From: a virus
Strand: one strand, 5' to 3'
DNA length: 64,000 nt
IMG/VR virus record: IMGVR_UViG_3300014911_000001
Span: 96,001 to 160,000 of that record
In this document: piece after piece, positions 8,292 through 18,700 of the stretch
Layout of the letters: every line of letters begins with the position of its first letter
How positions within the stretch are numbered: position 1 is the first letter of the stretch
Translations under genes and position numbers: made by a program
Notes under the pieces: generated by a model
The model's database searches: none
What the model saw: only the letters and a program-made list of their open reading frames with translations
What the model was told of the DNA's origin: nothing

Positions 8292-10389
8292 CCTTAGTGA
8301 AATATTAGCGGATGTTGAGGGCTATGTTTCGTCTCATTACCCTGATTATATAAGATTTTTGAATGGTAGATCCTATGAATTTTTAAGTACACCACCAGAT
8401 GATAGAGATGATTGGTGGAATTTTTGGTATCCAGCGTTGCGGGCTTCAACTCAGTATATATGCCAAGATATTTGGGAAACAGCGGAACATGATATAGAAA
8501 TTATATATTCGGAGTATGTTGCTAATATTGTTGTTGATTTGTTTGCTCATAGATTTCCTGATAGTGAAGTTTATTTAAGTAGACTTTGCACTGAAATAGC
8601 CAATTCCCGCGTACGCATTAGGTATGAGGGGGGTAGGTATATAACAGGAGATAGGTGGTCGCCGGAGGGATGGGAAAGAGAGGAAAATGAATCAGAATCA
8701 GATGAGGAAAGTGATTCATTTATTGATGATGTAAGAGATGCTATAGCACGTGGTGCAGAACATGCAAGAAGTTGGATTGAAACCCAAAGGGAACGTGTAA
8801 GTAATTGGAATAGACGCACATACGATAATGTAAGGCGGCGGCTTCGTGATATTAATGATGGTCTGGATGATACATGGGAACGGATGACAACACTGCCCCA
8901 TAATTGGCGTGATGGATTGGATAGTGTTAATGAGTTTTTGGATGGTATGTATAGTAGTATATCCCAATGGCGTGTTGATTGGGGGGCATTTAATGAAGCT
9001 CTAACTGATAAAGGATTTACAGTAAAGATATTAGGTACCCGTCATTTGGATTTATTATATAAACCTCATACATATATCAATGATGTATGGAAGGAATATC
9101 GTTCATGGGCGCGGGCTAATGGGTTGCCGTTAGATGTCAGCCATACGAATATAAGACGATTTTTAGCTCACAAGTGGGGATTAAAGTTTGATCCTAATGA
9201 TGTGGCTGTTGATGAAGGGCGTTTGGTTACAGTTACGGTAGGACGCCGTAAGCCGGAGAAATTTATCAGTATAAATTTTGGATTTTCTGATGCATGGGAT
9301 ATCATCAAGGAGGATGCTGTAGGTATATGGAATGAGTTTGCTGAACGCTATAATGTGCTAAAAAGTTTTGATTGGAAATATTATTTTATGACCCAGCTAC
9401 AGGAAATTGTCGATGAATTTGTAAAGATGCTTACAGTTGATCCTATCTATTTAGCTTGTTGTCTTTTAGATACTGGTTTGACATTAGAAAATTATGTTGA
9501 TCCAAAATTATTAAGCGCTATTGGTCGTATCCTTCAAATACTGACATATTCTCCATATATAGGTTTATCATTTGGTTTTGATTTTATGAAAGCTATTAAT
9601 GAGTCGTTAAGCTTTATGATTCGTACGGGGTGGGTTATATTTTTGAAATATACAGTATTTAATGCAGTTGCTGGGGTGTGGTATAAAATTGATCAATTTT
9701 TGTATGAGTTGGGAATGTGTATTGTTGATCCGGAACGTTCTGAAACCAAATGGTGTAAAGATTGGATGGCTATTCTTAGGTGCATTCCCTTAATGGATTT
9801 TCTGTATTATTTGTATAATAAATTAACAGGCATCAAGAATAGCATTTTGTCGTTTTATTTTCAATTATTAGATGATCTTAGATTTAGGGAGTTGAGATTC
9901 TTGGGTGATATACGTGCTATTTTTGCCAACGCTATTAATATAAATATTATTAATAAGTGGCGTGGGTTCTTCAATAAACTGTTGGCAATTGTTGATGCAC
10001 TTACTTTGTGTATATCGTCGGCTGATGTGCAGGATTATAGAGGGAGGTTTAGAGGATATAGAATGCCTATTGTACCAACACCCGGCGGTGAGCCTAGTGA
10101 TGAAGAACATATTAGTACCTCTGGACATGTACCAGGTCCAGGTGAATCGACGAGCACAGCACGTGAGTTTTACCGCAGGGCTGTAGGCGGTATAGATACC
10201 GAAGGTGCTATAGAGGCGGGAACTTCCATACATGACGTTATTGCCACAGTTGTACCAAATGAATTGTATAGAAGACTTGTGGAATGGTATAATTTTGTGC
10301 AAGAACACGTTCATACAGAAAGTAAGGATGAATGTGATCGCCGGTTGATAACCGGCTTGTTTAAGCTAATGGAGGACTTGTATGAATAG
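8284..10389 (+). CDS. Hypothetical protein with a Trp-rich N-half and a hydrophobic, Cys-containing helical C-half
   Basis: 701-aa ORF with GGAGG RBS, overlapping both neighbours. Confidence 0.75.
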   Translation: MANLSEILADVEGYVSSHYPDYIRFLNGRSYEFLSTPPDDRDDWWNFWYPALRASTQYICQDIWETAEHDIEIIYSEYVANIVVDLFAHRFPDSEVYLSRLCTEIANSRVRIRYEGGRYITGDRWSPEGWEREENESESDEESDSFIDDVRDAIARGAEHARSWIETQRERVSNWNRRTYDNVRRRLRDINDGLDDTWERMTTLPHNWRDGLDSVNEFLDGMYSSISQWRVDWGAFNEALTDKGFTVKILGTRHLDLLYKPHTYINDVWKEYRSWARANGLPLDVSHTNIRRFLAHKWGLKFDPNDVAVDEGRLVTVTVGRRKPEKFISINFGFSDAWDIIKEDAVGIWNEFAERYNVLKSFDWKYYFMTQLQEIVDEFVKMLTVDPIYLACCLLDTGLTLENYVDPKLLSAIGRILQILTYSPYIGLSFGFDFMKAINESLSFMIRTGWVIFLKYTVFNAVAGVWYKIDQFLYELGMCIVDPERSETKWCKDWMAILRCIPLMDFLYYLYNKLTGIKNSILSFYFQLLDDLRFRELRFLGDIRAIFANAININIINKWRGFFNKLLAIVDALTLCISSADVQDYRGRFRGYRMPIVPTPGGEPSDEEHISTSGHVPGPGESTSTAREFYRRAVGGIDTEGAIEAGTSIHDVIATVVPNELYRRLVEWYNFVQEHVHTESKDECDRRLITGLFKLMEDLYE

Positions 10390-12802
10390 ATTGCTTAAGC
10401 AGTTATTGCAGCGTCTTGCAGGTAGGGACTTGAATGCGGAAGCGTTATCTAGTATCACTGCTGAGCTGCCTCGTGCGACAGTACATACGGTTAAGTATAT
10501 GGATCCAAACAGAAGTATTATTTATGACGAACCGCCGCGGCCTCGCAATGCTGTTATGATCCATCCGCATTTTGATATGCACCAGTTAGCACAAATCTAT
10601 GATTCTGTAGCGGGCGACCGGCCTATAATAGTTAAATTCAGAGATGATATAACTATAACAACACATGCTTTTTTATTTTCATGGATGGGTAGCCTGTTTG
10701 GTATAAGGAATGAACATCCATATGAGGTTGTTTACCCTGATGATCTAGAAACAATCGTACCTATATCAAGTGATGGGTTTGTGTTTACAGGGACCTTTAG
10801 GCCTGTAAAAAAGCTTATCCGTCATGCTGTTGATAAGGATTTGGTTATGTTCCGTAGCACATTAGGTGAAACGGTAGTAACAAAAGATCATTCTTTAGTA
10901 TTTATAGATGGAAGCACTGGCACTGTAGATGATGTTGAAAAAAAGGTGCCTGGTATTGTTGCATATGTAAAGGATGTATCATTTTCTAAGGCGATAACAT
11001 ATAAACATTCGACGAGCACATTTTTGGGATTCGCACGCAATAGAGTTGTCGTACATGCACCATCTCTGGCTGAATTTGTGAAGTTTATGATTGTATTATT
11101 TGAGCATGGTGATTATGGTGTTTTTAATGATCAGTTAGGGTGGCGGCTTCCCGTCTGCCCATTTTTAATAAGGTTAATTGATGATAATAATTATCAGGTT
11201 ACATATGATGACGAGTATGTTTTTGTACCGAATGATAGTGCATTAGGAGAGGTTCTTTCCTACTTGTTACCATATGGGTTGGATGCATTGCCAAAGTGGT
11301 TCTTTGATGAAAAGTTTATTAATATTGCTATATCAGTCTTTTATAATGAATGGGAAGGGTATTTAAGGAGTCATACACCATTAATTGCATCGTATATATC
11401 ATTTTTATTAAGGCATAAAGGTGTACAATTTGCGTTAAATTATGATGAGGACGGTTATAAATTCATGGATATACGCAATTTTGAGATTCCTATTATTTAT
11501 TCGGATATACAGGTGTTGCCATATATGAGTGATGATCCATATGTTTATGATGTATCAGTTGAAGGTGAGGTTTTTGTAGATCCCGTTGGATTTTTGACAT
11601 TACATAATACAGAGGCTATTGTCCGCCGCGGGATTGAGGAATATGTTATTCGTATCCCATGGCATGAGGTTGAGGTTATTAGTGATAGCGTAAAGGCTAA
11701 AAACCACTTATTGCGGCGGCTTCAAATTATGAGGCGCCGCTTCAACTGTGACCTATTAGGTGAATTTTCGCAGTCATTTATAAGACAATTATTATTATTT
11801 GGTAATGTTTTTATCAGGATCGTATATTCACGTGAAACCTATGAAGGTCGCAAGCTGCCACTCTATCCTGAATTGCTCTATCCACCTGATGTAGCTATAA
11901 TGTATGATATAAAGAGAGATAAGATTATTGGGTATACATATGATCGTTATGTATTTAAACCTGAACGCATTATTCATGTGACCTTAGCAAAGTTTCCTGG
12001 GTATTTTTATGGAAATTCTATCCTATCTGCAACTGTGGAGGATGTTAAGGTTCTCAGGTTATTGGAACAGCAAGCAGAGATTATGTCTGTTTTATATTCG
12101 TCGCCACAGATATTTTTGAAGGTTGGTACGCCAACGATACCAGCTGGGCGGCCTCCTAATGATCTTTTAGATAGACCGATGATGATTGATGCATTAACAG
12201 AGGAGGATTTAGCGCGTGAAGGGCGCCGGCTTGAAGGTTCGGAGCCCCATTCACTAAAAATTATTCCATATTATGATGAGCCTGTGGCTATATCGCCAGA
12301 GGCACCGATTGATTTGGAGCCGTTCTTGAAGCATTTTAAGAATCGTGTTTATCAAGCGCTTGGGATTGATCCTGTTATATTAGGTGACCCCCAAGGGTCA
12401 AATAGAGATACGTCTGTTATTGGTGAATCGGCGACGAATAAACGCATTGAATATATAGCGCGTCTTTGGCAGAGACATATTAATTTCATTATAAATGATA
12501 TATTTATGAGTGAGGTGCCTTATACAGAGCCTGTTTATGTGCATTTACCGAAGATTGATACAACAGATTACATGGCACGTATAAGATTAGGGCTGAACTT
12601 ATATCAAAATGGTATAATTACCAATGACGAAATGCGTCGTTTGTATCTTGGTTATGATCCGTTGAGTGATGATGAGCTTGCAAGAACCATTTTTGGTTTA
12701 ACGGGGCGCTTAGTAATTAACACAAATGAAATTGAGTCTCAGTTAAGCCCCGAGAATCAATATGGGAGGCAAATGGCGCCTCCTAAGGTGAAGAGGAGGT
12801 GA
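10382..12802 (+). CDS. Portal protein, intein-containing
   Basis: Portal-like motifs LLLFGNVFI, IIHV...YFYGNSIL, ALGIDPVILG, GIITNDEMRRLYLGYDPL; lies between TerL and prohead protease. Confidence 0.9.
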   Translation: MNRLLKQLLQRLAGRDLNAEALSSITAELPRATVHTVKYMDPNRSIIYDEPPRPRNAVMIHPHFDMHQLAQIYDSVAGDRPIIVKFRDDITITTHAFLFSWMGSLFGIRNEHPYEVVYPDDLETIVPISSDGFVFTGTFRPVKKLIRHAVDKDLVMFRSTLGETVVTKDHSLVFIDGSTGTVDDVEKKVPGIVAYVKDVSFSKAITYKHSTSTFLGFARNRVVVHAPSLAEFVKFMIVLFEHGDYGVFNDQLGWRLPVCPFLIRLIDDNNYQVTYDDEYVFVPNDSALGEVLSYLLPYGLDALPKWFFDEKFINIAISVFYNEWEGYLRSHTPLIASYISFLLRHKGVQFALNYDEDGYKFMDIRNFEIPIIYSDIQVLPYMSDDPYVYDVSVEGEVFVDPVGFLTLHNTEAIVRRGIEEYVIRIPWHEVEVISDSVKAKNHLLRRLQIMRRRFNCDLLGEFSQSFIRQLLLFGNVFIRIVYSRETYEGRKLPLYPELLYPPDVAIMYDIKRDKIIGYTYDRYVFKPERIIHVTLAKFPGYFYGNSILSATVEDVKVLRLLEQQAEIMSVLYSSPQIFLKVGTPTIPAGRPPNDLLDRPMMIDALTEEDLAREGRRLEGSEPHSLKIIPYYDEPVAISPEAPIDLEPFLKHFKNRVYQALGIDPVILGDPQGSNRDTSVIGESATNKRIEYIARLWQRHINFIINDIFMSEVPYTEPVYVHLPKIDTTDYMARIRLGLNLYQNGIITNDEMRRLYLGYDPLSDDELARTIFGLTGRLVINTNEIESQLSPENQYGRQMAPPKVKRR
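10604..11608 (+). mobile_element. Intein (335 aa) in portal protein
   Basis: Starts SVAGDRPI, block B VTKDHSL, block F YVYDVSVE, ends LHN followed by +1 Thr; splicing restores QIYD-TEAIVRRGIE. Confidence 0.88.
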
Positions 12803-12803
12803 T

Positions 12804-14150
12804 ATGGCTATAAAATATAGGGATGAAGATGGTAATCTTATTATAGAGGGTGTTGAAATATCACATCCCAATGTAGTTAATGATAATTTTAGGTTCTATG
12901 TTAATGCGGCTGAAAAAATAAATACTCTTTTGGAGCCGGCTCCTGTACCAGTGCTTTTATATCATCAGGATCATGTAGATCCGATAGGAGAGGTGAAGGA
13001 TGCTAAGTTTACTGACTCGGAGTATGTTGAGGGTGCAAAAGCTATTAGTGCTACGCTTGTAATAAAGGATGAGGAGGCGGCTAAAAAGTTTGAAAAAGGT
13101 TTATATAAGAGGTTTTCTATTGGGACAAAACCGAAGAAGGTTGTCTGCAGCATATGTGGCAAGGAACGTGGTGAATGTGAACATATAGTAGGCAAAATTT
13201 ATGATGGCAAGCTTTGTTATGATAAGGTTTTCGTTGATAGATTTCTGGAGGTATCTGTTGTTAATATTGCAGCTGATAAATTTGCTGTATTACACGAGAA
13301 GGATGATTTGAAAGATGCCCTTTTTGACGAAATAAATTTAGAATTAGACACGGAGGAAGATATGGCAGATAAGGACAAAACGATTGATACAGATTTCGTT
13401 GAATATGCTGAGAATATTTTAGGGGAGGATCTTAGTGAGGAGGAATTGAATGATCTTGAAACGATTATAGCGGGGCTTGATGAATGTGATGAGTGTGGTG
13501 ATGAGGATGTTGAAGATAGCGAGACAGAGGATAGGAAGCTTCCTCCTGCGGGATCAAAAGCACGTAAGAAAATGAAGACCACATTCTGCGGTCCTAATAA
13601 GACATTTCCTGTTCCTGATTGTAAACATGGTGCTGTCGCGTTGGCGATGCTTAATTGGCCGCGTGTCAAAGCAAAGTATAAAGGCCAGATTTCGAAGATA
13701 CGCGCTTGCATAATGAGAGTTGGCCGCAAGCTTGGCTGCGCATATGCGAAGAAGAAAAAGGATGAGCTTCAGGCAGCTCTTGATGATCTCAAGCAGATTG
13801 TTGATTCTATGAACCAGGCGCCGGCTTCACTCGATATAGATTTCACCCCCATTAATGAGCGTTTTGACCGTATTGAGGAAACGCTGGCTGAATTGGTGGC
13901 ACTTATGAAGGATCTTATAAAAGGTATAACGGATAAGATGACAGTACCTGTGCCTGTTAAGGAATATGCTGCTGGTGGCAAGCTTCTTGATGAGATTAAG
14001 GCATCACTTAGTGAAGCCGTGAAGGAAAACACTGATAAAATATTGGAGTTTTTATCCAAAGCTACATCGGAAACCGATGATACGAAGACCGATGATGAGG
14101 TACCTAATAAGGTACTTGATGGAAGTGTGTTTGGGAAAATAAAATCGTAA
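12804..14150 (+). CDS. Prohead protease fused to scaffold-like C-terminus
   Basis: PVLLYHQ...PIG, RFSIG, Zn-finger CSICG...CEH...C, EVSVVNIAAD (HK97-type protease); acidic linker; coiled-coil C-terminus. Confidence 0.85.
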   Translation: MAIKYRDEDGNLIIEGVEISHPNVVNDNFRFYVNAAEKINTLLEPAPVPVLLYHQDHVDPIGEVKDAKFTDSEYVEGAKAISATLVIKDEEAAKKFEKGLYKRFSIGTKPKKVVCSICGKERGECEHIVGKIYDGKLCYDKVFVDRFLEVSVVNIAADKFAVLHEKDDLKDALFDEINLELDTEEDMADKDKTIDTDFVEYAENILGEDLSEEELNDLETIIAGLDECDECGDEDVEDSETEDRKLPPAGSKARKKMKTTFCGPNKTFPVPDCKHGAVALAMLNWPRVKAKYKGQISKIRACIMRVGRKLGCAYAKKKKDELQAALDDLKQIVDSMNQAPASLDIDFTPINERFDRIEETLAELVALMKDLIKGITDKMTVPVPVKEYAAGGKLLDEIKASLSEAVKENTDKILEFLSKATSETDDTKTDDEVPNKVLDGSVFGKIKS

Positions 14151-14176
14151 ACTAAGTAATATTATAGGAGGAAATT

Positions 14177-15376
14177 ATGGCAACACTTAGGCCTGAAGGT
14201 TATTACCGTAATATGGCGCTTCGTGACATTCCGTGGAAGCATAAGCGGAATGTCGTTCCTTCAATAGGTGTTATAGCGGATATAAGAGCGGTTGGTCCGT
14301 TTGCACCACATCCTGCCCTGCCAACAGCGTGGATTAATAAGGTTGATGAGAGACCATTTGTCATACCTGTTGGTAAGATTGTATGTGTGGTGCCTATAGA
14401 TTATTCAACAGCGAAGACACTTGGCAGAACAGATCTTTATACAGAGATGATATATCGTTCTGGGGAGAAATCTACTTATAAATGGACGATACCTGAATCG
14501 GAGCTGGGTTCAACCACATATGCTGATCCCTATTATGGTTATGGTGGAATACTGGGATTTATGATACCTTTTGGTAGAGGTACCGGAGGTGCTCATTATA
14601 GTCTTACGCCTGGTTATAAAATATCTGGAGAGGATGCTATGCCTTATTTTGTTGAAGGTGAATATGACTATGAAGGTTGGGTCCCATTTGGATTTGTAAT
14701 ACATGATGTGGAGAGGTTTGTTGCAGGGGATGATCTCAACTATAGGACGCGCCAAGCATATCCCATATGGAAGGAAGGGCTTCTTACTCTTCCATTCATG
14801 AATATATTGGGCCTTGTGCATGAACTGGAAGGTGATGATAATATTGAGAGAATAAATGCATGGATTAGGCATGATTTGACATCAATGGAGTCTGAGCCTA
14901 CCAGTTCAAATGTGTATATGACTTATAAATATCTATCTAGATATTATACAGCTGCTGTTGGGAGTGAGTGTTCATCAGATTATGCAGGAATAACCGTATA
15001 TACTGGATATGAATTTAATGTAAGGGTTATGAAATCTGGATATGTTGGTGTGACTTGTCATGGGGATTATCTTCTTACATCAGCATTTTCAGGTACAGAA
15101 ATGTGGTGTGTTGGTACGATTGTTAATGTTGATTATGAATTCCCGAAGAGCTTTATGGAGATGGTTGACGCACCACCTGCTTCAGGAATAGGTACAGCTA
15201 ATGGTGGGATACCAGAGATCGTATACCAGTACATGCATGATTTTGTAGTAATATATAATGAGCTAGCGGGAACAGATACATTGAGTTTGAAACCAGCAGA
15301 TCTGATAAGTTATATAGATAAAGGTTATTTCGGTGCTGCTTATATTTTGGCTGACTTTAATCCTCTTGGTACATAA
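14177..15376 (+). CDS. Putative head decoration/minor capsid protein
   Basis: Between protease and MCP, strong AGGAGG RBS, beta-rich composition. Confidence 0.55.
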   Translation: MATLRPEGYYRNMALRDIPWKHKRNVVPSIGVIADIRAVGPFAPHPALPTAWINKVDERPFVIPVGKIVCVVPIDYSTAKTLGRTDLYTEMIYRSGEKSTYKWTIPESELGSTTYADPYYGYGGILGFMIPFGRGTGGAHYSLTPGYKISGEDAMPYFVEGEYDYEGWVPFGFVIHDVERFVAGDDLNYRTRQAYPIWKEGLLTLPFMNILGLVHELEGDDNIERINAWIRHDLTSMESEPTSSNVYMTYKYLSRYYTAAVGSECSSDYAGITVYTGYEFNVRVMKSGYVGVTCHGDYLLTSAFSGTEMWCVGTIVNVDYEFPKSFMEMVDAPPASGIGTANGGIPEIVYQYMHDFVVIYNELAGTDTLSLKPADLISYIDKGYFGAAYILADFNPLGT

Positions 15377-15418
15377 GATCGTAATAATTTAAGTTTAAAA
15401 TAAATTTGGAGGAGGAAA

Positions 15419-16903
15419 ATGGAAATTTTGAAGGATACACTGTATGAGGCGCTTTTGCACAATGGACGCGTTCAGGTAACTGATAAGCTCCGTGAGGAGT
15501 TTAAGTCCGAGATACCAGAGATTGCTGAGGCGAGTGAGATACGGTTTACACTTCGGGATGTACTTACTAATAGCATGCTTGCGCCTCTCTTCCCTGAGGT
15601 TATAACGGTTATTGTTGAGGACACGATGGAGCCGCTGCTTCTTATAACTAAGTTATATGATGTTGTTAGGGGTATTCCTAATGCCCTTACAGTAAGAATC
15701 CTGCTGCCAACACCGATGCCTGTAGTTAAGCTTTCACCTAATGCTCCCACACCGAACCTTGGAAATCCGTCGCTTCATGAGATAGGTGGTACCGTATCCA
15801 TAACTGCGGAGAAATGGGGTGTTATATGGAGTGTTGATGAGCATGTTATTAAGAACAACCAATGGGATATCCTTAAGATGTCTCTTAGGAATGCTGCTCG
15901 AGCGCTTGCTAGACATAAGGAGAAGCAGGCCTATGAGCACATAAGGCATGGTGGGATAATACTATTCTCGAACTGGAGAAAGAATCATGCTGTTTTCAAG
16001 AACTTCCTCAGGGGGCGTGATATAAAGTTAAGGCAGAACGGTAGCCTTTCACCGAGAGACTTTTTCCAGGGTTATGCGTACTTCCTGCAGAATGAATTTA
16101 TCCCTGATGTTGTTATTATGAACTCATGGTCGTGGCTTGTATTCCTTTACTCACCTCTTACTAGAGAGATTGTTATGAATGGTAATACCATTGCGCCTGA
16201 CTTTACCAACTTTAACATGAGGGTCCGCAGCAGATGGCGTGAGGTATGGAACTCTCTTGGTAAGAAGGGTATTCTTGGTGGCAACAGCCCTGATGATATA
16301 TTTGGTAAGATAGGTCTGAGCATTTTTGAGCCGACGAATGCTCCTTGGAGCTGGAATCCGCTTGGTGTTGAGGTTTATCATAAGCCTTCTTGGATGCCGG
16401 CTGGTATAACATTCCTTATTTCACCATATGCTGATTGGTCGGCCAATGCAACTGATTACATGAATAAATACTTTAGTGGTTGGGACTTTACAGGTGCTCA
16501 GTCGTGGGCAGATACGACAACTCCGAAGGACCCGCTTAATATATTTGCGCACAACGACGCTGCGAATAAGAATGATCCTACGAAGACGACAGGTTTCAAA
16601 GAAGATGGTACTGTGGCAACATCACCTAGTGATGCACGTACTTATGCAGATCCGACGCTTAATCTAACCGATATAATCATGGTTGATAGTTCAGAGGTTG
16701 GAATTCTTTATCAGTATTCAGATCCGACGACTACTAAGTGGTCTGATCCAATGCTGGATATACAGAATAATAAGATTGCTGAGGAATATGGCTTTGCTGT
16801 CAAGTGGGGTGGACGTGCTATAGGTATCTTTGAGGCTGTTGTCATTGATGAGCAGTATACCGCTGAGCTTGTAGCACAGAATGAAATAGCAAAACCGCTG
16901 TAA
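15419..16903 (+). CDS. Major capsid protein (HK97 fold)
   Basis: Very strong GGAGGAGG RBS; KWGVIWSVDEHVI..NQWDI...AARALARHKE; PDVVIMN; C-terminal EEYGFAV; position in the head module. Confidence 0.85.
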   Translation: MEILKDTLYEALLHNGRVQVTDKLREEFKSEIPEIAEASEIRFTLRDVLTNSMLAPLFPEVITVIVEDTMEPLLLITKLYDVVRGIPNALTVRILLPTPMPVVKLSPNAPTPNLGNPSLHEIGGTVSITAEKWGVIWSVDEHVIKNNQWDILKMSLRNAARALARHKEKQAYEHIRHGGIILFSNWRKNHAVFKNFLRGRDIKLRQNGSLSPRDFFQGYAYFLQNEFIPDVVIMNSWSWLVFLYSPLTREIVMNGNTIAPDFTNFNMRVRSRWREVWNSLGKKGILGGNSPDDIFGKIGLSIFEPTNAPWSWNPLGVEVYHKPSWMPAGITFLISPYADWSANATDYMNKYFSGWDFTGAQSWADTTTPKDPLNIFAHNDAANKNDPTKTTGFKEDGTVATSPSDARTYADPTLNLTDIIMVDSSEVGILYQYSDPTTTKWSDPMLDIQNNKIAEEYGFAVKWGGRAIGIFEAVVIDEQYTAELVAQNEIAKPL

Positions 16904-16911
16904 TATAGATT

Positions 16912-16969
16912 AGGCCCGGTCTTCTAGCTCGTTAGACATTGTGATTCTTGTGGCTAGAAGGCCGGGCTT
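16912..16969 (+). promoter_or_regulatory. 17-bp stem-loop just downstream of the MCP stop (attenuator/processing/stabilising hairpin)
   Basis: AGGCCCGGTCTTCTAGC pairs with GCTAGAAGGCCGGGCTT (two G-U pairs), 24-nt loop, no U-tract. Confidence 0.7.
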
Positions 16970-16986
16970 CCTATAGGAGGACTATT

Positions 16987-17490
16987 GTGTATTGGGTAAA
17001 GCTATCAGGGCGCGCACCTGTAGCTACGATAACTTGTGGGCATCGTGTTGCACAGGTATCAGTCCGGTGCCCTATTTTTCCTCTTAAGGATTTTACGCCT
17101 CATTGTATAGCTCAGTTTCAAAGACATGTTGATGTATATATCATAGAGGAGAATTTTCCTATTGATGAGGACCGGAAGGTAGAAATTTTCTCTACGCTTA
17201 TAGATGGTGATATTGATATCGAACCTTCTGAGGAGGAATTCGTTATGTGGTTAATCTCCAATGGGTTCCAGCCTAAGGGTACCTATCATAAGGTTGTAGT
17301 GAAGGAAACGGAGTCAGAAGAGGAAAATATTGTGTCTCCTGAAGTAAGTGAAGAGGATGGTAAGGTTGATGATGTTTCTGTACAGGAATCTGATACAGTT
17401 AATGAGGTAACTAGTGATGAAAAACCTAAATCGGTAGGGAAGAAGAAAGGTGCGCGTCGAGGTAGAACAAACAAGCGTAAACGTAAATGA
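16987..17490 (+). CDS. Hypothetical head-associated protein with acidic-then-basic disordered tail (GTG start at 16987)
   Basis: AGGAGG at 16975-16980 precedes an in-frame GTG; the longer start in the ORF track would lie inside the hairpin. Confidence 0.7.
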   Translation: MYWVKLSGRAPVATITCGHRVAQVSVRCPIFPLKDFTPHCIAQFQRHVDVYIIEENFPIDEDRKVEIFSTLIDGDIDIEPSEEEFVMWLISNGFQPKGTYHKVVVKETESEEENIVSPEVSEEDGKVDDVSVQESDTVNEVTSDEKPKSVGKKKGARRGRTNKRKRK

Positions 17491-18700
17491 TACGATTATA
17501 ATTTCATGTGATCAGACACCTGATAGTAGTACTGTAGATGAAACGACCATCCGTCTTTATTATAAAGATTATCCCCTGCCGCCTTCCTATGATTGCAGGG
17601 TCAATGGAAATAATATTGAGGTAATACCAGTTGAACCGTGGTTGGCTGGTTATACAATAATTTTAACAGTAGTTGGTGAACAGTATGGTGTTAAATCTGT
17701 TGAAGGGGAGTCACTTGAGGAACCGGTTTATACATTTACAATAGCTGTATTACCTGCAGAGGAACCCGGCACGGCGCCTTCATATGAGCATGCATTAGTT
17801 GTAACGGCGACAATACCAGAGGATTATTATACAAATTACACGGGTAATCATATTAAATTTTTCTTCAATGTTCCTATTGATCCAAGTATCGAGGATGCAT
17901 ATGAGGAACATGTTTTTATACATATTAAGCCTGTAATAGTCCTACCTCCTAATAGCCGTCTACCGGTGCCACCTCAAGGCTATCTTGCGCCTGAAGCTTA
18001 TTCTGTTGATGTTGATGGTACTACAATGACTGTAACAATAGATGTGCCTATCTATAATGCAGAAATAAATGTTAAGATTGTTGATATCCATGCATTGGAT
18101 ATAAGTTATGTTCCTATATCAAGTTATGAAATAGTATTTACATATAGATATACGCCTCTTCTCTATACACCTGATTATTTTGAGGTTGATCTACCGGATG
18201 ATGTTATCTATCGGTACATTTTGAGGGCAGAGGCAATAGCTGACACACTTTATCCGGGTATTCTTGATTGGAATGACCCTGAGTGGTGTGTTGTTATGTT
18301 TGTTTATTATATGACGCAGCGGCTTATTTTAGAGCGTCTTTATGGCATATTAGCAATAATGGGTGGTTCATTTAGCAAGAGATTGGGCGATTTGCAGATA
18401 TCGTATAATATTAGGCCTGATAATGATTTGAATAAGTTGCTAGGTCCTCTTTCTGCGTTGGTGCGTAATAGGTGTGCTAAGGTAGCTTTACATGGTGTCA
18501 TACCGGGGCGTCTTGTCTACCCGATCCCATATCACCGTCCTGATGTAGCATGGCGCCGCTTCCCCATATTGAAGGATTATTTTATTGAGGAGCCTACGGT
18601 ATTTATGGGTGATCGGGCATGGGATTATGGTGTGTTTTTCAGGAAGCATATGGATCAATTGGAGACAGGTAGAGAGGTGCTTGGTGAAGAGAATGTATGA
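17450..18700 (+). CDS. Ig-like domain-containing head-tail adaptor
   Basis: Two Big_5/SbsA-like Ig patterns (IIISCDQTPD..TV; IKFFFNVPIDP) plus a helical C-terminus with SKRLGDLQISY, typical of connector proteins. Confidence 0.65.
   Translation: MRVEVEQTSVNVNDTIIISCDQTPDSSTVDETTIRLYYKDYPLPPSYDCRVNGNNIEVIPVEPWLAGYTIILTVVGEQYGVKSVEGESLEEPVYTFTIAVLPAEEPGTAPSYEHALVVTATIPEDYYTNYTGNHIKFFFNVPIDPSIEDAYEEHVFIHIKPVIVLPPNSRLPVPPQGYLAPEAYSVDVDGTTMTVTIDVPIYNAEINVKIVDIHALDISYVPISSYEIVFTYRYTPLLYTPDYFEVDLPDDVIYRYILRAEAIADTLYPGILDWNDPEWCVVMFVYYMTQRLILERLYGILAIMGGSFSKRLGDLQISYNIRPDNDLNKLLGPLSALVRNRCAKVALHGVIPGRLVYPIPYHRPDVAWRRFPILKDYFIEEPTVFMGDRAWDYGVFFRKHMDQLETGREVLGEENV

Noticed and set aside
14150-15419. 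Shared late-promoter motif in the AT-rich gaps before the decoration and capsid genes (GTAATA)
   Set aside because: Too short and AT-rich, and seen in too few gaps, to distinguish from chance
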